Below are positions 34,756-44,475 of a stretch of DNA of 64,000 nucleotides, in pieces (positions within the stretch are counted from its first letter, which is position 1; every line of letters begins with the position of its first letter). The DNA comes from Deltaproteobacteria bacterium. GTDB taxonomy: Bacteria > Desulfobacterota > GWC2-55-46 > UBA9637. The stretch spans positions 4,194 to 68,193 of the forward strand of contig JACRML010000058.1 of assembly GCA_016214995.1 (NCBI GenBank). The letters run 5' to 3'. A program made the translations under genes and the position numbers. The notes under the pieces are model-generated. The model was given only the letters and a program-made list of their open reading frames with translations, made no database searches and was not told where the DNA came from.

Positions 34756-35727
34756 TTACAGTCTCACCTCTATATATGCCTTTTTCATTACTTCTTCCAG
34801 CCAAAGTTTGTATCTTTCATCTATAACCTTCTGAAAGATGGTATTCCTAATCTCATCCTCAACCTCTGAAAGAGGCCTTGCCGCCGCCCCCTGCTTATCT
34901 ATCAGCTGTATTATGTGAAATCCTGTAGAGGTTTTGATTACATTGCTTATCTCGCCAGTCTTTAATCCAGTTGCAGCCCGCTCTATTGCTGCATCCATCT
35001 CACCTGCTTTAATATAGCCAAGGTCGCCGCCTTCTTTTGCATTAGGCCCTTGCGAATACTCCTTCGCAAGCCTTACAAAATCTTCTCCACCCCGGGCTGC
35101 GGCAAGGATATTATCTGCCTTCTTCTCTATATCTTTTCTTTTATCCTGTTCACTGGAGAGCAGTGATATTATTCGCAGCCTATGCGTTACGGGGCCAGAG
35201 AATTTACCCTGATTCTGCCTGTAATAGGCTTCTATATCTTCATTAGATATTTTTGCATTTGAGCGAAATTCTTTGTTTATAAACTTTACCTGCCTGATTT
35301 GGTCCTTAAGCTGCTCCCGGTATTCCTTGAAGGTAAGGCCGTTTCTTGCCAGAGCGCTTAAAAGTTCTTGCTGGCTTACATTGTTTTGCCTTTTTACATC
35401 TTCAATAGCATTGTCTATCTCTTTTTCGCTGATGGTGATTCCTGCTTTATTTGACGCCTGCTCAACTAATTTTTTCTCAATAAGCTGATCCAACACCTTG
35501 CTCTTTGTCTCTATAATCTTTTTCCGCTTATCTTTATCATTGCCCTTTATATCTTCCAAGCCAGCAGTGGCAACATTCAATTCAGACAGGGTAATAGCGC
35601 TGTCGTTTACAACAGCCACAACCCTGTCTACAATCTCAGCGTGAGCAGGGAAAGACAGTAAGCAGTAAGCAGTAAGCAGCAGCAATTTAAATCGTAAATC
35701 GTAAATCGTAAATCGTAAATCAATCAC
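34756..35727 (-). CDS. surA: SurA-like periplasmic chaperone / PPIase
   Basis: SurA N-domain (VVAVVNDSAITLSEL) and parvulin domain (GGDLGYIKAGEM..GFHIIQL). The GTG start overlaps the ppiC stop (GTGA). Confidence 0.8.
   Translation of the reverse strand: MIDLRFTIYDLRFKLLLLTAYCLLSFPAHAEIVDRVVAVVNDSAITLSELNVATAGLEDIKGNDKDKRKKIIETKSKVLDQLIEKKLVEQASNKAGITISEKEIDNAIEDVKRQNNVSQQELLSALARNGLTFKEYREQLKDQIRQVKFINKEFRSNAKISNEDIEAYYRQNQGKFSGPVTHRLRIISLLSSEQDKRKDIEKKADNILAAARGGEDFVRLAKEYSQGPNAKEGGDLGYIKAGEMDAAIERAATGLKTGEISNVIKTSTGFHIIQLIDKQGAAARPLSEVEDEIRNTIFQKVIDERYKLWLEEVMKKAYIEVRL
35657..35720. repeat. Two adjacent heptamer arrays, (AGTAAGC)x3 and (ATCGTAA)x4
   Basis: On the minus strand they encode the entire SurA signal peptide MIDLRFTIYDLRFKLLLLTAYCLLSFPAHA. 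Confidence 0.9.
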
Positions 35728-36767
35728 AACAACTCCTCCTTAACCTCTATCCTTGCCCTTTGTTTTAATTCTTGCATCCATACCTGAAATTCTGCATCGC
35801 TTTTTTCTTTTTTCAGCTTATTTATTATCTGGTTTTTTACCTCTGAAAATTTCAGATCCTTTGCACCTCTTTTCTCTTCAACCCTGAAAATATGATAACC
35901 ATACGCAGTTTTTACAACCTGACTCAGCTTGTTTACAGGGAGAGAAAATACTACATCCTCAAACTCCTTTGGCATAATGCCTTTGCTAAAAAAACCCAGG
36001 TCTCCGCCCTTTTTGCCCTCGGGGCCTAAAGAAACCTCTTCAGCTAGTTTTGCGAAATTTTCTCCTTTTTTTAATCTTTCCCTTATTTGATTGGCCTCAT
36101 CTTCCGTCTTCACTACAATCATCAGCGCCCTTATCTGCTCCTCAACTTTATAATCCGCTATATGCTCTTTATAATATTTTCTGGCATCATTTTCTTTCAC
36201 GGTAAGCTTAGAGGTAATAGCCTTATCTATAACCTTCTTAATCAATAATTTCTTTTTAAGCTCTTCCTTCCATTTTTCCATGCTTCCGTACCTGCTCAGA
36301 ATAGTTGGTTCAAACGCATCTCCGGCGTATTCTCTTTTAATTTCTTCCAGTTCTCGTGAAAGTTCGTCAGCATCAACATTCAATGCCACCTTCTTTGCCT
36401 CTTCTAAAAGCAACTCTTCTTCAAGAAATTGATTAACAAGGGCCATCTTAAGATTTCGCAGCTCTTCATCTTTTATCTCTGCGGCTGCTTCGTCTTCTAT
36501 AAATAACTTTTTAAAGGTATCCTGAAATTCTCCGCGTGTAATTTCCCTGTCATTTATTTTTATGATAATCTCACTGACAGACGGAAGGCTTTTTTCTTCT
36601 TCCTTCTTTTTACAACCTGCAGTGAGCAGGAAAAAAAGAGACAAGAGGCAGAAGGCAAGAGGCAAGAGGCGAAATCTTATTTTGCTTCTGACTTCTTGTT
36701 TCCGGCTTCTTGCTTCCGATTTTTGTTTCTCCGTCATCTGTTTTCTCTCATTTATTTTGTATTTCAA
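35724..36767 (-). CDS. Parvulin-type PPIase lipoprotein (PrsA/PpiC-like)
   Basis: Lipobox-like LLTAGC and parvulin domain (GGDLGFFSKGIM..GYHIFRV). Confidence 0.75.
   Translation of the reverse strand: MKYKINERKQMTEKQKSEARSRKQEVRSKIRFRLLPLAFCLLSLFFLLTAGCKKKEEEKSLPSVSEIIIKINDREITRGEFQDTFKKLFIEDEAAAEIKDEELRNLKMALVNQFLEEELLLEEAKKVALNVDADELSRELEEIKREYAGDAFEPTILSRYGSMEKWKEELKKKLLIKKVIDKAITSKLTVKENDARKYYKEHIADYKVEEQIRALMIVVKTEDEANQIRERLKKGENFAKLAEEVSLGPEGKKGGDLGFFSKGIMPKEFEDVVFSLPVNKLSQVVKTAYGYHIFRVEEKRGAKDLKFSEVKNQIINKLKKEKSDAEFQVWMQELKQRARIEVKEELL
36638..36717. repeat. Heptamer-armed hairpin (GCAAGAG / CTTCTTGC arms)
   Basis: GAGACAAGAGGCAGAAGGCAAGAGGCAAGAGGCG - loop - GCTTCTGACTTCTTGTTTCCGGCTTCTTGCTTCC. 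Same family as 58541-58629. Confidence 0.9.
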
Positions 36768-36791
36768 ATTTTTATTAAACAGTTCATAGTG

Positions 36792-37040
36792 CCCAAAAAT
36801 AGACTTTGCTTTTTGGGTAAACCTGCAAGTTGACTGCCAGACAACACACCCCTAAATCCCCTCTCGAGAGGGGACTAAAGGGGTGTGTTATTTGCGACGA
36901 GCCGTATATCACCAATACGGTGAGGAGCAAAAATGTGCCGATAACAAAGTATGGCAGCCAAATCGGCTGGCTCCACTCACTGCGAAGCAATTGCAAGTGG
37001 AAGATGTAAAATAGCGAGGTTTAAAATCGCTATTTTACGG
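36792..37040 (+). repeat. ~250-bp multi-hairpin mosaic element, copy D
   Basis: Collinear with copy B. Lies between mfd and ppiC, antisense to that operon. Confidence 0.9.
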
Positions 37041-37055
37041 ATAGGCAAAATACTA

Positions 37056-40000
37056 TCACCCTTCTGCCAATTGTTTCAATATATATCTTGTTTCATCCCA
37101 GATTTCTCTGTCCTTTTCCAAAAGGATGATAAATTTTGAATCCGGTGTAAGTCTGAACCTTTTGGGGTTCTTTTTTGCAAGCGCCAGCAGCCTTTGCGGC
37201 TCCACAATGGTATCATTTGAAAATGTTATATAAATATAATTCCCTTTTTGAGATAGCTCGGCTATCCTTAGTTTTTTAAGCAAAAATTTTATTCCCATTA
37301 TTTTAAACAGATTGCCTGCCAGTTCGGGGATATCACCAAATCTATCCTTTATCTCTTCTCTCAGTTTACTTACATCTTCCTCAGAAATGACAGAGGCAAT
37401 CCTTTTGTAGATATTGAGCCTTTGCCTTTCATCAGGGATATATCCTTCCGGTATATATGCAGATACTTTGAGACTTATCTCCGGCTCAATCTCCTTTTCC
37501 ATGTTTTCGCCCTTTAACTCTTTTATGGCATCCTCTAAAAGCTGCGTATACAGCTCAAAACCAACCTCTGCAATCTGGCCTGATTGTTTTGCTCCGAGGA
37601 GTTCCCCTGCGCCTCTTATCTCTAAATCATAAGCAGCAAGCCTGAAACCAGCGCCAAGGTCTGAGAGCTCCTGAAGCACCTTCAGCCTTTTCTTTGCATC
37701 TTCTGTTAATATTAATTCGGGCGGTGTCAAAAGATAGGCATATGCCCGGTGACTGCTCCTGCCAACCCTTCCGCGCAGTTGATATATTTCCGCAAGACCA
37801 AATCTATCTGCCCTGTTTATCAATATTGTATTTGCCGATGGGATATCAAGGCCTGATTCTATGATGGATGTAGAAAGCAATATGTCATATTCTTTATTTA
37901 TAAAATCAGCCATTATCTTTTCCAATTCCTTTTCATGCATCTGGCCATGAGCAACTCCAGCCCGTGCCTCCGGGACAATTCTCTTGAGATAATCGGCCAT
38001 TGCCGCTATACTCTGCACCCTGTTGTGAACAAAGAATATCTGGCCGCCTCTGGCAATCTCTCTTCTTATTGCATCCTTTATCAAGTCGTCATCAAACTTT
38101 GCCACAACAGTCTTTATTGCAAGCCTGTCTTCAGGAGGTGTATTTATTATACTCAAATCTCTTATGCCTGCCAGAGACATATGAAGGGTTCTTGGAATAG
38201 GTGTTGCCGTTAATGTAAGGACATCTACCTGCTTTTTCATTTGTTTCAACCTCTCCTTGTGGCTCACCCCGAATCTGTGTTCTTCATCTACAATAATGAG
38301 GCCGAGGTCTTTAAATACAACATCCTTTTGCAAAAGCCTGTGCGTGCCTATGATTATGTCCACCTCTCCGCTGGCAAGTTTTTTCAAGGTTTCTCGCTGC
38401 TCTTTAGGGTTTCTAAAACGGCTTAAAACATCTATCGTTGCAGGATATGAAGCAAACCGGTTTTTAAATGTGAGATGGTGCTGCTGGGCAAGCACCGTGG
38501 TCGGCACAAGCATGGCCACCTGTTTGTTGTCCAACACAGCCTTGAATGCGCCCCGCATGGCAACCTCTGTCTTTCCATAACCAACATCGCCGCAGACAAG
38601 CCTGTCCATGGGTTTTGGCTCTTCCATGTCTTTCAGCACATCTTCAATGGCATTGACCTGGTCTGGGGTCTCATCATATTCAAAGGATGCCTCAAACTCT
38701 GAAAACAGCCTTTCACCCTTGGAAAAAGAAAAACCCTCACCCACTTTTCTATGTGCATAAAGTTCCAGAAGTCCCTTTGCCATCTCCTCAACAGCCTGTT
38801 TAACCTTACTTTTTGTTTTCTCCCATTTTGTAGAACCGAGCTTGTCTATCTCCGGCCTTTTACCTTCTACACCGTGATATTTGCCTACAAGATTTACTCT
38901 TTGGACAGGCAGATATAATTTGTCTCCACCCTGATACTCCAAAATAAGAAAATCATTTTCTATAACCTGCCCCGAACCCTGTCCTAATCTCATTTCATGG
39001 ATTGATTCAAAATCCTCTATCTTAAGCCGCTTAAGCCCTTTATAGAGTCCAATGCCATGGATAGAATGCACAATAAAATCTCCGGCATTCAAGTCTTCAA
39101 GTTGGGTGAGAAATGCTTCTATCTTACTGGAGGGCGGCACACGTCTCTTGACCCTTTGCCCAAAAATCTCCTCCTCTGTAATGATAGCAAGCTTAATAGC
39201 AGGAAAGCGGAAGCCAGAACTTAGGTCGCCTCTGACGATAGCGATGCGAGATGTGGAATATGTGATTATCCCACACCCTACATCCCACATCTCACATCCG
39301 AGATCATATCCTTCCAACAACTCTTTTAATCTTTCTGCCTGGCCATGTGTATGACAAACAAGGAATATGTTCCACCCAAGGTCATGCCATCCCTTTATCT
39401 TATCTGCAAGGGGCTTGAGGAGTTCATCTTTTCTTATTGCAATGTCCTGCCTTGTATCAAGATTGGACTCGGTGGGAAGCTCAAAACCTTCAGCATGCGG
39501 TTGGTGCGCCCCGACAACAACTATGCCCATTTTATCAAACGCAGATTTAAATTCACTTATGGACACATAAAGTTCTTCTGGTTTAACAAAGAATTGCCGT
39601 TTTTGCTCAAGGTTTGTTTTCCCATCCGATATCTCACTTTCAAATCTTTTAACTGCTTCCTCTATCTCGTTTTGATTATCAAAAAAGAGAAGACAATCGT
39701 CCGGAAGATAATCAAATAACGTATCCAGTTTGTTGTAAAAAAGAGGTGATAAAAAATCAATGCCAGAAAAGATAATGCCATCCCGTACCCTGTCTGAAAT
39801 GGATTCTCTTATATCTTTGGGAAGTTCCAATTCCTCAGCCCTTTGCCTGAGTTTTTCTTTGGCCAGTTCCATGCCTTCTTGCGAGAAAATAATCTCCCTT
39901 GCAGGCAGAATTATAGTTTCATTCATTATCTCCTTAGACCGTTGAGTTGCAATATCAAAGGTTCTCATGGCCTCAACTTCGTCTCCAAAGAATTCAATCC

Positions 40001-40637
40001 TTATCGGAGCAGAATATGACGGTGGGAATATGTCCAGTATCCCACCGACAATCCTCATTTCACCTCTTTCCTCAACCATTGCCGCTCTTGAGTAGCCCAT
40101 TTGCGAAAGCCTTTTCAAAACCTCATCTCTGTTCATCTCTTTACCAACTTCACACCGTATAACCCCATTTACTCCCTCTTTTGCAAAGGGAGACGAAGGG
40201 GGGGTTAATACGCTTTTAGGCATTACCTTCTGTAAAATGGCTGAAGATGTTGTAACGATTATGTGGTGAGATGTTTGGGTGAGTTTGTAGAGAATATTGA
40301 TCCTGGCAGCGATTATGTCAGGATGCGGGGACTGCGCCTCAAAAGGCAGAATCTCCCATGATGGATAGAAAAACGCAGTATTGCTACCAAGGAAAAAATT
40401 TATATCCTTAGTGAAATTTTCTGCCTCTTCCTGGGTTGGAGATATTATTAAAACCGATTTGAGATTTCGGTGCGCCTGCGAAAGCGGGTCATGAGATTTA
40501 TAAAGGGAGGCAATAAGAAAAGCTTTTGACGAGCCCAAAAGACCAGAAAGGGCAAACCGCTCCCCTGGCTTTAGACAAGAGATGCTCTCTAATGCCTTGT
40601 AAAAGGTATTGGTTTTGGTAGGATAGACTGCTGTCAT
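37056..40637 (-). CDS. mfd: Transcription-repair coupling factor
   Basis: 1193 aa. Helicase motifs GDVGYGKTEVA and DEEHRFG. UvrB-homology N-terminus, CarD/TRCF domain, and C-terminal TRG region. Confidence 0.92.
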   Translation of the reverse strand: MTAVYPTKTNTFYKALESISCLKPGERFALSGLLGSSKAFLIASLYKSHDPLSQAHRNLKSVLIISPTQEEAENFTKDINFFLGSNTAFFYPSWEILPFEAQSPHPDIIAARINILYKLTQTSHHIIVTTSSAILQKVMPKSVLTPPSSPFAKEGVNGVIRCEVGKEMNRDEVLKRLSQMGYSRAAMVEERGEMRIVGGILDIFPPSYSAPIRIEFFGDEVEAMRTFDIATQRSKEIMNETIILPAREIIFSQEGMELAKEKLRQRAEELELPKDIRESISDRVRDGIIFSGIDFLSPLFYNKLDTLFDYLPDDCLLFFDNQNEIEEAVKRFESEISDGKTNLEQKRQFFVKPEELYVSISEFKSAFDKMGIVVVGAHQPHAEGFELPTESNLDTRQDIAIRKDELLKPLADKIKGWHDLGWNIFLVCHTHGQAERLKELLEGYDLGCEMWDVGCGIITYSTSRIAIVRGDLSSGFRFPAIKLAIITEEEIFGQRVKRRVPPSSKIEAFLTQLEDLNAGDFIVHSIHGIGLYKGLKRLKIEDFESIHEMRLGQGSGQVIENDFLILEYQGGDKLYLPVQRVNLVGKYHGVEGKRPEIDKLGSTKWEKTKSKVKQAVEEMAKGLLELYAHRKVGEGFSFSKGERLFSEFEASFEYDETPDQVNAIEDVLKDMEEPKPMDRLVCGDVGYGKTEVAMRGAFKAVLDNKQVAMLVPTTVLAQQHHLTFKNRFASYPATIDVLSRFRNPKEQRETLKKLASGEVDIIIGTHRLLQKDVVFKDLGLIIVDEEHRFGVSHKERLKQMKKQVDVLTLTATPIPRTLHMSLAGIRDLSIINTPPEDRLAIKTVVAKFDDDLIKDAIRREIARGGQIFFVHNRVQSIAAMADYLKRIVPEARAGVAHGQMHEKELEKIMADFINKEYDILLSTSIIESGLDIPSANTILINRADRFGLAEIYQLRGRVGRSSHRAYAYLLTPPELILTEDAKKRLKVLQELSDLGAGFRLAAYDLEIRGAGELLGAKQSGQIAEVGFELYTQLLEDAIKELKGENMEKEIEPEISLKVSAYIPEGYIPDERQRLNIYKRIASVISEEDVSKLREEIKDRFGDIPELAGNLFKIMGIKFLLKKLRIAELSQKGNYIYITFSNDTIVEPQRLLALAKKNPKRFRLTPDSKFIILLEKDREIWDETRYILKQLAEG
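39245..39302. repeat. GATGTGG/CACATC heptamer hairpin in frame inside mfd
   Basis: TGCGAGATGTGGAATATGTGATTATCCCACACCCTACATCCCACATCTCACATCCGAG encodes GCEMWDVGCGIITYSTSRI. Confidence 0.7.
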
Positions 40638-40785
40638 TAAACAAATTTTATAGTATCATAAATCTCTCCGCTCTCACAAATAAAAGGTGGTAAAGTAAAG
40701 AGGTAAAGCTCAAAAATTTTATTGACTTCTAATAGCATATTATGTAACTTATGAACCCTGATTTTAGCAAAGGAGGAATACTACA

Positions 40786-42720
40786 ATGGGTAAAAATATT
40801 ACACAGAAGATATTAGAGGCTCATCTCGTGTCCGGTACAATGGCCCAGGGTAACGAGATAGCCATAAAGATTGACCAGACCCTTACTCAGGACGCTACCG
40901 GCACCATGGCCTATCTGCAGTTTGAGGCAATGGGTGTGCCGAGGGTCAAGACAAAGCTTTCAGTAAGCTATGTTGACCACAATACACTCCAGTACGGCGG
41001 TTTTGAAAATGCAGATGACCACAGATTTTTGCAGACTATTGCTGCAAAACACGGCATCTATTTTTCAAGGCCGGGCAATGGTATATGCCATCAGGTTCAT
41101 CTTGAAAGATTCGGTGTGCCCGGACAGACCATGCTTGGCTCGGACAGCCATACGCCCACGTGCGGCGGTCTCGGCATGATGGCAATTGGTGCAGGCGGAC
41201 TTGATGTAGCGGTTGCTATGGGCGGGGGGTCGTTTAATCTCTCTTATCCAAAGGTTGTGCTGGTAAATCTTAAAGGTAAACTCAAACCGTGGGTCTCTGC
41301 AAAGGATGTAATCCTTGAACTCCTCAGAAAGATGACCGTAAAGGGTGGTGTGGGCAAGGTGATTGAATACGGCGGCGAAGGCGTACAAAGCCTTTCTGTG
41401 CCGGAAAGGGCTACCATTACCAACATGGGAGCAGAGCTTGGCGCAACAACGTCCATATTTCCAAGTGATGAGATAACAAAGGAATTTTTAAAGGCACAGA
41501 CCAGGGAAAAAGACTGGCAAGAGCTTGTTGCCGATGCTGATGCAAAATATGATGAAACCATTGAAATAAATTTGAGCAAGCTGGAACCCATGATTGCAAA
41601 ACCGCACAGCCCTGACGCTGTGTGCAAGGTTTCAGATGTTGAAGGCATGAAGGTTGATCAGGTCTGCATCGGAAGCTGTACCAACTCTTCATTCAGGGAT
41701 TTGATGCTTGTTGCCGATATATTCAAGAAGGGGAATTTCAAGGTCAATCCCAATATAAGCATGACAATCTCTCCCGGCTCAAAGCAGGTTCTGGAGATGA
41801 TTACATTAAACAAAGGGCTTGCGAGCCTGATTGAGGCTGGTGCAAGAATCCTTGAGGCAACATGCGGGCCTTGCATAGGCAACGGCCAATCACCGCCGTC
41901 AAAGGGCGTTTCTCTCAGGACATTCAATAGAAATTTTGAAGGCAGGAGCGGAACAAAGGACGGACAGGTCTATCTTTGCAGCCCTGAGGTCGCGGCGGCT
42001 GCGGCTATCTATGGTGTAATCACCGACCCAAGAAAGCTTGGCAAATATCCAAAGGTTAAGATGCCAAAGGAATTTAGGGTGGACGACTCAATGGTAATTC
42101 CGCCGGCAAAAGACCCCTCAAAAGTAGAAATATTGAGAGGACCAAACATAAAGGCATTGCCGGTAGCAACTAAGATTCAGACAGTAGTAAGCGGCAGCAC
42201 TTTGATAAAGCTTGGCGATAACATTACCACAGACCATATCACGCCCGCAGGCACATGGCTGAAATACAGGAGCAATGTGCCAAAGTATTCCGAGTCAGTT
42301 TTTTCAGCCATTGATGTCCAGTTCCATGAAAAGGCAAAGGCCTCCAACGGAGGATTTGTTATTGCCGGAGAAAACTATGGCCAGGGTTCTTCAAGGGAAC
42401 ATGCGGCGCTTTGCCCCATGTATCTCGGTATAAAAGGGATTATTGCAAAGAGCTTTGCCAGAATACACAAGGATAACCTTGTAAACTTCGGCATCCTGCC
42501 GCTGACCTTTGCAAGCCCTGCTGATTATGATGCAATAGATCAAGGCGATAAGCTGGAAATAAACGACCTTGCAAACCAACTAAAGGCAGGGGATTCATTA
42601 ACCATAAAAAATATTACAAAGGGCAATGAGATAAAGGTAAAACACGGATTCAGCACAAGACAGGTTGATATAATCCTCGCCGGCGGACTGCTGAACTTTA
42701 CCAAGGGACAGGCAGCATAA
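40786..42720 (+). CDS. Aconitate hydratase (short, Aquifex-type)
   Basis: 644 aa. The Fe-S ligand contexts DSHT, GSCTNS and CGPCIG are present. AAAGGAGGA RBS. Confidence 0.8.
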   Translation: MGKNITQKILEAHLVSGTMAQGNEIAIKIDQTLTQDATGTMAYLQFEAMGVPRVKTKLSVSYVDHNTLQYGGFENADDHRFLQTIAAKHGIYFSRPGNGICHQVHLERFGVPGQTMLGSDSHTPTCGGLGMMAIGAGGLDVAVAMGGGSFNLSYPKVVLVNLKGKLKPWVSAKDVILELLRKMTVKGGVGKVIEYGGEGVQSLSVPERATITNMGAELGATTSIFPSDEITKEFLKAQTREKDWQELVADADAKYDETIEINLSKLEPMIAKPHSPDAVCKVSDVEGMKVDQVCIGSCTNSSFRDLMLVADIFKKGNFKVNPNISMTISPGSKQVLEMITLNKGLASLIEAGARILEATCGPCIGNGQSPPSKGVSLRTFNRNFEGRSGTKDGQVYLCSPEVAAAAAIYGVITDPRKLGKYPKVKMPKEFRVDDSMVIPPAKDPSKVEILRGPNIKALPVATKIQTVVSGSTLIKLGDNITTDHITPAGTWLKYRSNVPKYSESVFSAIDVQFHEKAKASNGGFVIAGENYGQGSSREHAALCPMYLGIKGIIAKSFARIHKDNLVNFGILPLTFASPADYDAIDQGDKLEINDLANQLKAGDSLTIKNITKGNEIKVKHGFSTRQVDIILAGGLLNFTKGQAA

Positions 42721-42755
42721 AACCAGTGAACAATAAGTATAGAACAGTTAAAGGC

Positions 42756-42792
42756 AAAAAACCCTTACCGCTGAAATGCGGTGAGGGTTTTT
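42756..42792 (+). terminator. Intrinsic terminator of the aconitase gene
   Basis: ACCCTTACCGC-TGAAAT-GCGGTGAGGGT 11-bp stem followed by TTTT. Confidence 0.8.
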
Positions 42793-42846
42793 CACTTTAA
42801 AATAAATTGAAGATTGGAAGATGAAAATTTTAAATGTACAGAAATT

Positions 42847-42900
42847 GTAGTTTGCCGATTCATCGGCGGTTTTAAAGCGCCCCATGAATGGGGCAACTAC
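42847..42900. repeat. Bracket element GTAGTTTGCC...GGCAACTAC, copy 1
   Basis: The outer 9-bp stem encloses GCCGATTCATCGGC and GCGCCCCATGAATGGGGC hairpins. Related copy at 44476-44546. Confidence 0.8.
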
Positions 42901-42903
42901 ATT

Positions 42904-43668
42904 TTAATGGCTGTCCCTTTTCAAAAACCTCCACACCCCATCCACTTTTTTATAGATAAGAAAATCGCCGGGGCTAAACCAACTGCTCGGGCTTTTGCTG
43001 CTCCTGACCAGCGCAGGCTCATCTTGAGATTCAAGGGGATATGAATAAAGCCCTAATTCCTGCACAAGAAGCATCAGGCTTTGCCCTTTTTCTTTCCAGC
43101 TAAAGGTCTTTTCATAAATATAGACAATAAAGGTGTAAGATTTCCAGTCATCGCCTATCCACTCATAAAGGGTCTTGCTATCCTTTCTGCTTAGCCTTAT
43201 GCAGCCGTGAGATTTCTTCTGGCCGAGAAATTTCTCATAACCTGCAAATTTTCCTGTGGCTTCAAGGCTATGAATTCCTTTTTCAACGCCCGGCTCAATC
43301 CCGATCCAATTCAACATCTTGATATTTTCATCTTTTGACCATTTCCTGAAGGGCATCAATTCTACAATCTTATGAAACCCCGGCAATGTTTCAGTCTTTT
43401 CCCATCCTTCTTCATCTATGCCAGGTTCTCCGGTAGATACAAGGCTTTCCATAAACATACGGCCTCTTTCATCGTATGCTCTCAGAGTCTGGGTGGATTT
43501 GTCTATTTCAATGTGCTTCTTCTCCGGAGTAAAAATCATGGCCTTGCCCTCTGTAACAAGATAGATATTTACTCCCAGTCTTTTTATTGGTTCAGTTCTG
43601 GAAAGCCTGACAGCGACAGCATCTTCGCTGCCAAATACCGATTGAGAAAGGCAAATTAAAAAAGGCAA
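42904..43668 (-). CDS. L,D-transpeptidase (YkuD domain)
   Basis: The active-site motif SHGCIRLS is present. The TTG start in the track is uncertain, because a hydrophobic KKLVSLLPFLICLS stretch continues upstream in frame. Confidence 0.7.
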   Translation of the reverse strand: MPFLICLSQSVFGSEDAVAVRLSRTEPIKRLGVNIYLVTEGKAMIFTPEKKHIEIDKSTQTLRAYDERGRMFMESLVSTGEPGIDEEGWEKTETLPGFHKIVELMPFRKWSKDENIKMLNWIGIEPGVEKGIHSLEATGKFAGYEKFLGQKKSHGCIRLSRKDSKTLYEWIGDDWKSYTFIVYIYEKTFSWKEKGQSLMLLVQELGLYSYPLESQDEPALVRSSKSPSSWFSPGDFLIYKKVDGVWRFLKRDSH

Positions 43669-43694
43669 GAGAGAAACCAGCTTCTTAAAATCAT

Positions 43695-44384
43695 CTATTG
43701 TTCCAATACAGATAGTCGTAGATATTTTTTTACCATCTTCGGGACCCTGTCCATATCACAAAACGGCAACTCTCCAAGGATAGGGATATTGGTAAGCCTT
43801 TTTAACTCTGTTTGATTTGTAGAAAGGGTTTCATCGGTTGCGAGGGCTGGGTAATTAATGATAATACCCTTAACCTCTATGCCGATGGACTGGGCATATT
43901 TAACCGTCAATAATGTATGATTTATTGTGCCGAGTTTTGATGCGGCAATGACTATAAGCGGGAGATTGAGGAATTTCACAAGGTCTGCCGAAGTCTCTGT
44001 ATCATTCAGAGGCGTCAGCAATCCGCCTGCACCTTCCACAAGCATTAATCTATGCAGAGATGCAAGCGTACCATAGCATTCCTTAATTTTATTTAAGTCT
44101 ATATTTTTGCCTTCAAGCCTTGACGCAACGCTTGGGGCAAGAGGCGCTTTGAAGCGATATGGATTTATCGAATCAAGTTCATCGCTGACTTCTGCTGCCT
44201 TCTTGAGAAATAAGGCATCCTGAGGCTCAAGCTCTCTGCCCTTTTCAGCGCATCCTGTTTCAACAGGCTTCATTACACCAACATTTACTCCCTTTTCCTT
44301 CAATACTGCTGCAATACCAGCGGTAACAAATGTCTTGCCTACGCCGGTGTCAGTGCCTGTAATGAAATAGCCTCTGGTTTGCAT
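43695..44384 (-). CDS. bioD: Dethiobiotin synthase
   Basis: YFITGTDTGVGKTFVTAGI P-loop. ATG at 44384 (Met13 of the track ORF). Confidence 0.85.
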   Translation of the reverse strand: MQTRGYFITGTDTGVGKTFVTAGIAAVLKEKGVNVGVMKPVETGCAEKGRELEPQDALFLKKAAEVSDELDSINPYRFKAPLAPSVASRLEGKNIDLNKIKECYGTLASLHRLMLVEGAGGLLTPLNDTETSADLVKFLNLPLIVIAASKLGTINHTLLTVKYAQSIGIEVKGIIINYPALATDETLSTNQTELKRLTNIPILGELPFCDMDRVPKMVKKYLRLSVLEQ

Positions 44385-44475
44385 AAGCCAAATGGTAGCA
44401 GAATAAAAAAATACAGTCAATTGACGAAATATTGTTTTAGGGGTAAAATTTATATAAAATGAAGTAGCAGTTCAG

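Noticed and set aside
36784-37139. Track ORFs 36784-36996 (-) and 36951-37139 (+).
   Set aside because: Both are read-throughs of mosaic repeat copy D and of the mfd 3' end. They have no RBS and their frame is not conserved between the repeat copies.
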